DNA of 64,000 bases from a virus (Duplodnaviria; Caudoviricetes): positions 1,083-65,082 of the IMG/VR virus record IMGVR_UViG_3300047157_000138; one strand, given 5' to 3'. Positions 32,416-38,866 of the stretch are shown one piece after another. Within the stretch, counting starts at the first letter, position 1, and every line of letters begins with the position of its first letter. Both the position numbers and the translations under genes were made by a program. The notes under the pieces are model-generated. The model saw only the letters and a program-made list of their open reading frames with translations, did no database searches and had not been told where the DNA came from.

Positions 32416-32790
32416 CCTCGTAGACATTTGCTAGCAGCTTAAAGAAAGCGCTCGGTTATTTATTCGCTACGATAATGTGTGGCTGGTTTCTTCTTAAGAC
32501 ATTTAATGTTCATCCCAGTGTAACACCACTTAATAACACGTAGTTATCTTTACAAGTTCTCTTTGAGTATTTTTAGTACATGTGTACTTGCATTGTTACT
32601 CATCACACTCGTAGTCCCACCGTGCATGTAATTAGTCTGCAATCCGTAATACTACGTTAATATTTTATGTACTACACAGCAATGTACATTGATCCCATTT
32701 TCGCTGAACCACAAAGGGCTGGGAACTAACTAATAAATAATAAACTATAGGGTCATTTGCGTATAGCATACGCTGCCGCCCGAGCACATT
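32416..32790 (-). ncRNA. Candidate large structured non-coding RNA
   Basis: No ORF of 60 aa or more on the sense strand; 8-bp long-range stem GUGCUCGG/CCGAGCGC enclosing at least seven local stems. Confidence 0.5.
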
Positions 32791-33028
32791 CAGTTAAAAC
32801 TCAAATATTTTATTTCTTCATATTCAATTTTATTATTAATTCGGTTAATCGCTCATGCGTCGTTTTTAAGTATTTAAGATCAAGCTCGCTTATAACATTA
32901 TCATTTAGCCAATAATATCTTTGTTATGTATTTATTAGGTGCTTAGTCGCATACATCATAGACATTAGTAATGTAGGTATTCATCGGTTTAATTTGTATC
33001 ATAGTATATATTATTTTATTGGTTACAT

Positions 33029-33065
33029 ATATATTATCTTAGGTAGTGCGTATTCAAATTGCAAC
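33029..33065 (-). promoter_or_regulatory. Early-class promoter motif
   Basis: TTGCAATTTGAATACGCACTACCTAAGATAATATA. Confidence 0.75.
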
Positions 33066-33066
33066 G

Positions 33067-33258
33067 TTATAAATCTTTCTTGCGTATCCAGGTTAAACCT
33101 TTGTAGTTGAACCACTTAGTTACGCCGTCTCTATCATTGATCTCGTCATATATATAGGCAAACTTGTTTGGTAGGTTGGATAGATCGAAACCGACGTGAA
33201 CATCACCGTTTAATTTTAACTCTTTTTTAGTTCTTGAAAATTTTATAGTATTTGTCAT
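33067..33258 (-). CDS. Hypothetical early protein
   Basis: 63-aa ORF, WFNYKGLTW. Confidence 0.65.
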   Translation of the reverse strand: MTNTIKFSRTKKELKLNGDVHVGFDLSNLPNKFAYIYDEINDRDGVTKWFNYKGLTWIRKKDL

Positions 33259-33260
33259 AA

Positions 33261-33395
33261 TTATAGATTTGTTTTTTGGTAATAGTTAATTCTTTCTTCG
33301 ACATCAGAGCGGGATATTTCACCCGCCATTTGCCGTAATACATCAGTAGTCATATCGATCTCTTTGCCGTTAGGGCATGTAGTTATAAACTTCAT
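33261..33395 (-). CDS. Hypothetical 44-aa early protein
   Basis: Manual translation MKFITTCPNGKEIDMTTDVLRQMAGEISRSDVEERINYYQKTNL; fills the gap between neighbours exactly. Confidence 0.6.
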   Translation of the reverse strand: MKFITTCPNGKEIDMTTDVLRQMAGEISRSDVEERINYYQKTNL

Positions 33396-33730
33396 TATAT
33401 TTGATCTTTAAGTACATCCGGAAATGAAGTAGCTACTCTACCTTCAACTAATTTTTCTGCTTCACGAGAAACATTGTGTATCAGGTTGTTAAGTTCTTGT
33501 GGACCATATAGTTTGGTATATAGTTCGCGGAATCCATCGGATTTAACACTTTTATTGTTTAGGAACCACGTTATTTCAGTGTCCATAGTATCAAGTTTGA
33601 ATCCGGTTTTTTGATCACCGTATACGTATGCATATACTAGTACTTCAGCACGGATCAGGGGATCGACGTGTATAGCAACGTTGGTGTTCATGTTAAAAGA
33701 AATTTGGTCATTTAAGTGTACTGCTCTCAT
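33395..33730 (-). CDS. Hypothetical early protein
   Basis: 111-aa ORF with AAACT-ATG start context. Confidence 0.65.
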   Translation of the reverse strand: MRAVHLNDQISFNMNTNVAIHVDPLIRAEVLVYAYVYGDQKTGFKLDTMDTEITWFLNNKSVKSDGFRELYTKLYGPQELNNLIHNVSREAEKLVEGRVATSFPDVLKDQI

Positions 33731-33733
33731 AGT

Positions 33734-33934
33734 TTATTTATTTAAAGTGTTAATTATATTTTTTATAGTTTTATTAGTAATATTTTCTAGGGCTTCCCAG
33801 TATTCGTCACCATCAAGGTCGATGTTTACATACTCTAGTTGATGGTTAATAGTGTCATACATTTGATCGATAGTTACTTCAGCGATCTGTGTTGCGAGGT
33901 GATCAGCGTTAGTTCCAATCACGGTATTCTTCAA
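33734..33934 (-). CDS. Hypothetical early protein (true start probably near 34025, frameshifted)
   Basis: Acidic ORF; AACT-ATG at about 34025. Confidence 0.5.
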   Translation of the reverse strand: MKNTVIGTNADHLATQIAEVTIDQMYDTINHQLEYVNIDLDGDEYWEALENITNKTIKNIINTLNK

Positions 33935-34044
33935 TTACGTTAGACATTTGTTCTCTAGTTAACGACCAATAGTCGACGCCAGGGTATAGACGGTTTGCGA
34001 TGTTAAACATTTGTGTGTTACTCATAGTTATTAGTTTTATAGGT

Positions 34045-34236
34045 TTATAGTTCTTCGGTTAAGTGGTCAAGGGCTAATTGGTAGCCATAGTTTTTTGCCA
34101 TTTGCATTAGTAAAAAGTCATTTACACCGTTATTACTTTGTGCAAACATATCTAGTACTTCTTCGGTAGGTGTGGCAACAATACCACGATCTAACATTTG
34201 TTGTTTGGTTGATATAAAGTCTTGTATAGTTTTCAT
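34045..34236 (-). CDS. Hypothetical early protein
   Basis: 63-aa ORF, AACT-ATG start. Confidence 0.65.
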   Translation of the reverse strand: MKTIQDFISTKQQMLDRGIVATPTEEVLDMFAQSNNGVNDFLLMQMAKNYGYQLALDHLTEEL

Positions 34237-34505
34237 AGTTATTTTAATTTAGAGTTAAACATTGGCATTTTAGGTCTGATTTCAGTGAGTATGGTATCAC
34301 ATGGATCAGGTAGTATTTCATAACACTGATTGAAAGAGTCATTAATGTATTTAACTTGATCATCGCTAAAAGGGGGGTTGATTTTAGTTAAATCATCTTC
34401 AGGGTGAACAAAGGGAATAGAGTTGTTGCATAGTAGTTAAAAACTGAATGGCTTGGTTTTTTGTAGTAATCATAGTTTATAGTATTTATTATTATTAATT
34501 TCAAA

Positions 34506-34540
34506 TATATTATCTTACATAGTGCGTATTATATCTGCAA
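34506..34540 (-). promoter_or_regulatory. Early-class promoter motif
   Basis: TTGCAGATATAATACGCACTATGTAAGATAATATA. Confidence 0.75.
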
Positions 34541-34840
34541 CTATTTCGCTCTAATTTGGTCGGCACTACAATATGCCCACATTACTTTATTTATAAAGGT
34601 TATACGGTCAACCGAAACTTCCTCGATCGGAAAGGTGTATAGCATGGTTTCATAGAATTCCATTAACCCTCGGTCATTCTCTGCATACTCTGCTTTGAAT
34701 ACTTCGTATTCATCACCTTGCATGAAACTCATTCCGCATAGTTTATTTAGTACATTGTACTCTAGGTACATCCACCGATCATTCTCTTCTGACCATATAT
34801 GTTTTATAGTAGTCACTCTTAATTCTTCTTTATTCTTCAT
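34541..34840 (-). CDS. Hypothetical early protein
   Basis: 99-aa ORF. Confidence 0.6.
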   Translation of the reverse strand: MKNKEELRVTTIKHIWSEENDRWMYLEYNVLNKLCGMSFMQGDEYEVFKAEYAENDRGLMEFYETMLYTFPIEEVSVDRITFINKVMWAYCSADQIRAK

Positions 34841-34980
34841 TTTGTTGGTTTATTTTAATTAATACTTCTCTTACGTCTTCTCTGTGGTCGTACTGATCTA
34901 AGTAGTCGTATAATACTTCTTTTACCACATTCCATTGCCATTTTTCTATGTTCATAGTTTATTTATTTTTAGGTTGACAG

Positions 34981-35226
34981 TTATTTAAGGTCGAAAGCGT
35001 ATAACATACGTAGTCGATCGAGTTCATTATATATTAATTCTCTAGTGTAATAGTAGTTACTACGTTTTGCGTTATAATTAGTGCGTTTAGTGTTAATTTG
35101 GTATAATCTTTTATTATTATGTTTTAGAGATACTCTAACATAACCGGATTTATAGGTGTAACCTAATCTTCCATCACTCATTTCACATTTAATTGTACCG
35201 TTTTTACTGATGTTTAATACTTGCAT
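34981..35226 (-). CDS. Hypothetical early protein
   Basis: 81-aa ORF downstream of a promoter, YKSGYVR..LYQIN. Confidence 0.65.
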   Translation of the reverse strand: MQVLNISKNGTIKCEMSDGRLGYTYKSGYVRVSLKHNNKRLYQINTKRTNYNAKRSNYYYTRELIYNELDRLRMLYAFDLK

Positions 35227-35260
35227 AGTTTATTATATTTAGTTATTATTATTATTTGAT

Positions 35261-35290
35261 TTTATTATATATAGGTGGTCGTTTTTATTA
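35261..35290 (-). promoter_or_regulatory. Early-class promoter motif
   Basis: AAAAACGACCACCTATATATAATA. Confidence 0.65.
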
Positions 35291-35313
35291 GTTAACCCAA
35301 CGACAAGGTATTT

Positions 35314-35345
35314 TTAAGTGTTTACAAGTGACTACAAACACTTAA
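35314..35345. repeat. Perfect 10-bp inverted repeat between divergent promoter motifs
   Basis: TTAAGTGTTT-N12-AAACACTTAA. Confidence 0.8.
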
Positions 35346-35369
35346 TATTAAAAGTTTTTTCTAAAATAC

Positions 35370-35400
35370 CGTAGTTTTCACCAAAAACGTGTAATTATAA
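35370..35400 (+). promoter_or_regulatory. Late-class promoter-like motif, antisense to the early arm
   Basis: CGTAGTTTT-N11-TGTAATTATA. Confidence 0.55.
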
Positions 35401-35550
35401 TAGTATTTATAAAAAACTCTAATTATAGTGTAACTTAGTTATATAGAGTTAAATTAATCACTGGTCTTATAGTGAGTCTTTGACTCTACTTTGTTAGTTT
35501 TACTTAACTACATAGTAGTTTACACTATAAATACCCTAGTGAGAACCGTT

Positions 35551-35817
35551 TTAACAACAATTACATCGATTCCATTCTTTACCGTTTCTACATGTTTCAC
35601 CTAACACATCGAATTCTTCAATATAGAAGTGGATCAAAGATTCTGCGGTGAAAAATACTCTCCACTGTGTGGTTTGTTCTATATATCCGTCTTCCCATTC
35701 TTCGACGTTTCCGTCATTCACCCAATTTACAAATACATCGACCATATAGTTACGGTTTTCTTCACTGAGATCACCATGTAGGTTGATCAGGTAATTTTGG
35801 TACTCTTCTCTAAGCAT
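35551..35817 (-). CDS. Hypothetical acidic early protein
   Basis: 88-aa ORF downstream of a promoter; ends CRNG..WNRCNCC. Confidence 0.6.
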   Translation of the reverse strand: MLREEYQNYLINLHGDLSEENRNYMVDVFVNWVNDGNVEEWEDGYIEQTTQWRVFFTAESLIHFYIEEFDVLGETCRNGKEWNRCNCC

Positions 35818-35855
35818 AGTTATTATATTTAATTATTAGTATTTTTTAACTTCCT

Positions 35856-35891
35856 ATATATTATATTAAACTAGTCGTTTTTGCTATACAC
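35856..35891 (-). promoter_or_regulatory. Early-class promoter motif with embedded GTGTATAGCA box
   Basis: GTGTATAGCAAAAACGACTAGTTTAATATAATA. Confidence 0.75.
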
Positions 35892-36186
35892 ACCACTCTG
35901 TTATGTGGTAAAAAATCGATCTTTTTGGGGAAAATACGGTGAATTTGACTAAAGAACATAGGTATGCTATACACACAGTGTAGATTACTGTATGTTGTGG
36001 TTAGTTGGTTATATTATAGTTTATTTATTAGATCATCTAGTGTTATTTGTAACGATGTTTTAGTTACGTTTCCGTTTAGATACTGGTTTAGCTCGTCGAT
36101 CGTAGCTAGGATTTCGGTTTTAATTTCTAATTTCATAATTATAGTATTTATAGTTTAATATTTATTTATTGGCCGAAGCCTAAAGC

Positions 36187-36504
36187 CTACTTTTCAGTAG
36201 ACTTTGCTTCAGTAATTTCAGCTAGATGTCTAACTGTGCTTGGTAGGTTAGTACTTTGTGACCAGTACTTTCTTTTAATCCAACAAGCTTGTAGTTGTAG
36301 CTTAGGTAACATAGCTTCTAGTATAATATCATGATTATAAGTAACTTTTTGATTTTTATTATTTATAAAAGTTATTATTTGATTTCTACCCAGCCAGCTT
36401 TCTCTGACTACAAAGTTCTTTCTAGTGATCGGAGGCCAGATCTTAGCTTTATCTTCGTTTGACATTGTTTTTAAAGCTTTTTGCATAATTTCATTTGTGT
36501 TCAT
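36187..36504 (-). CDS. Hypothetical early protein
   Basis: 105-aa ORF, RKNFVVRESWLGRNQIITF; followed by a GGC-UUCG-GCC mini-hairpin at 36171-36180. Confidence 0.7.
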   Translation of the reverse strand: MNTNEIMQKALKTMSNEDKAKIWPPITRKNFVVRESWLGRNQIITFINNKNQKVTYNHDIILEAMLPKLQLQACWIKRKYWSQSTNLPSTVRHLAEITEAKSTEK

Positions 36505-36548
36505 AATTTTAAATTTTAAGTTATTATTTATTATTTTTATTATTTGAT

Positions 36549-36577
36549 TATATTATATTAATATAGTCGTTTTAGTT
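36549..36577 (-). promoter_or_regulatory. Early-class promoter motif
   Basis: AAAACGACTATATTAATATAATA. Confidence 0.7.
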
Positions 36578-36651
36578 ATTTTAATTAATTTAATTAAATT
36601 TAATATTTATTTTTATATTTATTTTAATTATTATTATTATTAACTACCCTT

Positions 36652-36685
36652 TTATTATATTAAAGTAGTCGTTTTTGCTATACAC
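36652..36685 (-). promoter_or_regulatory. Early-class promoter motif with embedded GTGTATAGCA box
   Basis: GTGTATAGCAAAAACGACTACTTTAATATAATA. Confidence 0.75.
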
Positions 36686-36751
36686 GTTGCTATACGCATT
36701 TAAAAAAATGCTATACACGCTTAGCCCTTGCGGGCTGTCGCGCGTTTTACG

Positions 36752-36931
36752 TTAGCTTCTCAGATACTCGTACTCACTTCTCAACTTCGCGTTGAACTCT
36801 TGTGCATTTCTCCAGAGATCCATCTGAGCGTCCAGCAGATCCATCTCCTGCTCAAAGCTTAGTATTTGCCAGTCTGGATTTTTCTGGTTGATCAGGTTGT
36901 GTGCTTCTTGTAATCTATTTGACTTCTTCAT
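36752..36931 (-). CDS. Hypothetical 59-aa early protein
   Basis: Manual translation MKKSNRLQEAHNLINQKNPDWQILSFEQEMDLLDAQMDLWRNAQEFNAKLRSEYEYLRS; followed by an AGCCC-GCAA-GGGCT hairpin at 36723-36736. Confidence 0.6.
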   Translation of the reverse strand: MKKSNRLQEAHNLINQKNPDWQILSFEQEMDLLDAQMDLWRNAQEFNAKLRSEYEYLRS

Positions 36932-36932
36932 T

Positions 36933-37010
36933 TTAGTTTCGTATTGCGGAACCAGCTGCTGATCCCAGGTTAGACATTACTTCATTGATCTTTTTTAGAA
37001 TTGCTTTCAT
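36933..37010 (-). CDS. 25-aa amphipathic peptide
   Basis: MKAILKKINEVMSNLGSAAGSAIRN; abuts the next ORF. Confidence 0.5.
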   Translation of the reverse strand: MKAILKKINEVMSNLGSAAGSAIRN

Positions 37011-37054
37011 ATTATAGTTTTTATTAGTTACATTATTATTATTTTTATTTATTA

Positions 37055-37243
37055 TTATTTTATATTTAATATTTTATAATTATAATATAATAATTTTAAT
37101 TCTTTTTCAAAAGCTATTAAATCTTTTTTATTTATTAATATTATTTTTTTATTTTTATTTAATATTATTAATTTATTTTTTAATATATTTTTATTTAATA
37201 TAATTTTAATAATATCTAAAGAATATAATTTTATTTTAAGCAT
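37055..37243 (-). CDS. Possible first early protein, extremely AT-rich
   Basis: 62-aa K/I/L/N-rich ORF directly downstream of the first early promoter. Confidence 0.4.
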   Translation of the reverse strand: MLKIKLYSLDIIKIILNKNILKNKLIILNKNKKIILINKKDLIAFEKELKLLYYNYKILNIK

Positions 37244-37350
37244 AATATTTAATTTTAAATTTAATTTATTAATTTATTTTTTTAATTTTATTTAATATAA
37301 TTTAATATTTATTTTTATATTTATTTATATTACTCTATCTTAGTTATTAT

Positions 37351-37383
37351 TATTATATATTAGTAGTCGTATTTGCTATACAC
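37351..37383 (-). promoter_or_regulatory. Early-class promoter motif with embedded GTGTATAGCA box (first of the early arm)
   Basis: GTGTATAGCAAATACGACTACTAATATATAATA. Confidence 0.75.
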
Positions 37384-37597
37384 GTTCGCGATGCTCACGC
37401 CCGATAGTTCCCGCCGAAAGCTCTAAGTAAAACTCGCAATGCTTTCTGCAAAACTCAAAGCAAAAGTCAAAAGTTATTTACCTAAACTCAGAATCAAAGG
37501 GGGACTGGGTGAAATGAATTGCGTTTCCTGTAGCAAAAAGTTTTTTAAATTAAGCATGTAGCCCTATACCTCTTATTATATAATAACAATTTTTACC

Positions 37598-37630
37598 TGT
37601 AGCTTTTGGAAAAAACGTGTAATTATATAT
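37598..37630 (+). promoter_or_regulatory. Late-class promoter-like motif at the head of the structural arm
   Basis: TGTAGCTTT-N11-TGTAATTATA, about 25 nt before the first plus-strand ATG. Confidence 0.7.
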
Positions 37631-37652
37631 AACCATATAATAGAATGTAAAG

Positions 37653-37946
37653 ATGGCTTGTAAACAGAAATTATCTCCTAAAGCGAAGAAGGCTAAGGCT
37701 GCTAGAGATTTGGCTTATGCTAAGACGGCGGATAGGCGTAAGAAGAAGGCGCATGCACAGCGGGAGCGTCGACGGGCTAAGAGAGGTGGAAAGAATGTAG
37801 ATGGTAAGGATTGGGATCATAAGGATGGTAGATGGGAAACTGTGGCTAGGAATAGAGCTAATGATGGTGAAGGGACGAAGAAGGAGGGCAAAAAGAAATA
37901 TAAGGTACCGAAGCGCAAGCGAAGGGTAAAAAAGAAAAAGAAATGA
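37653..37946 (+). CDS. Highly basic protein with degenerate HNH-like motif
   Basis: GKDWDHKDG...ARNRA; K/R-rich. Confidence 0.55.
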   Translation: MACKQKLSPKAKKAKAARDLAYAKTADRRKKKAHAQRERRRAKRGGKNVDGKDWDHKDGRWETVARNRANDGEGTKKEGKKKYKVPKRKRRVKKKKK

Positions 37947-38845
37947 GTAGAATAACTACATACCGTAATATAACTTCTTTATCGATACACGATTTGTTGT
38001 TAATTTCAGACATGGGTACTATTGGTAATCCTACTAAGACGGTTACTGTTGGTGATCTTATTGATTTTGGGGTTGGTTCTGGTACGCCTTTGTATCTACC
38101 TATGTGGACTAGCGATGGTAATTTGACGGATAGTAACTTCTTTCAGACTAGTACGGGGAGTATTAGGACGGATGACAATACCTTATTGGGTTTTGGTAAG
38201 GATGGTGGTAGAAGTAATACAAGATTACATATAACCACTTTGAAGGATGGCACTACGTCAAACCCTCCTGGGGTAGCCTTCGTGGTGGAGGAGTTAACGC
38301 CTGGTGTGTCAAAGGGAGATTCCAATGTTCTTATGGCTATGACTATGGACGGAGGAAACGGTTATTTCTATGTAAGGAACGGTAGTGCAAAAGGTAAGTT
38401 TACTTTTTACGGATGGGATGGTAGTTCTTTTGACAAGTACCTTACCATAGAGAATACGGGTAAGTTAAATATGGAGTCGCATCAGATAACTGGTGTTGCA
38501 AATCCCACGAGTGCCCAAGATGCGGCTACTAAGGCTTATGTTGATGCGCAGTTTACCGGTAATGTAGATGGGTCTGGTACGGCTGGGTTTATACCTAAAT
38601 GGAGTGATACAGATACTATAACAAATAGTATAATGCGGGAGAGTGGGACGGTTGTTTCTATAGCAGGTAGTGTACAGATTGCGGATGACACTGCGGCCGC
38701 TTCGGCTTCCAAGGCGGGCACATTTAGGTACAGAACAATAACTTCTGGTTCTACATTAGCATCGCTATGCGAAATGTGTATGCAGACAGGAGGAAATACT
38801 TACGCTTGGGTAACGATAGTTTCGCATACTTGGCCAAACGAGTAA
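37943..38845 (+). CDS. Tail fibre-like protein
   Basis: QITGVANPTSAQDAATKAYVD fibre motif; two GSGT...P.W....T.S repeats. Confidence 0.65.
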   Translation: MSRITTYRNITSLSIHDLLLISDMGTIGNPTKTVTVGDLIDFGVGSGTPLYLPMWTSDGNLTDSNFFQTSTGSIRTDDNTLLGFGKDGGRSNTRLHITTLKDGTTSNPPGVAFVVEELTPGVSKGDSNVLMAMTMDGGNGYFYVRNGSAKGKFTFYGWDGSSFDKYLTIENTGKLNMESHQITGVANPTSAQDAATKAYVDAQFTGNVDGSGTAGFIPKWSDTDTITNSIMRESGTVVSIAGSVQIADDTAAASASKAGTFRYRTITSGSTLASLCEMCMQTGGNTYAWVTIVSHTWPNE

Positions 38846-38866
38846 ATATAATATTAAAGCAAAACA

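Larger units (their letters stand above)
25277..37383. repeat. Dispersed 10-mer RYGTATAGCA (14 copies in this span; 3 more at 7672, 14389, 21042)
   Basis: Plus orientation at 25277, 27361, 29426, 30996, 31743, 32759, 33668, 34635; reverse at 35882, 35965, 36676, 36688, 36709, 37374. Confidence 0.85.

Noticed and set aside
32347-32790. tmRNA, RNase P RNA or group I intron
   Set aside because: The acceptor-like stem closes locally rather than with the far 5' end, there are no RNase P conserved boxes, and there is no paired P7 R/S element or interrupted host gene.
33308-33327. GCGGG/CCCGC hairpin as a terminator
   Set aside because: It lies inside a plausible 44-aa ORF and has no U-tract.
35856-37383. 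CRISPR or mini-array from the repeated GTGTATAGCA...ACGACTA units
   Set aside because: Spacing is irregular (tens to hundreds of bp) with ORFs between copies. They behave as promoters or binding sites, and there are no cas genes.
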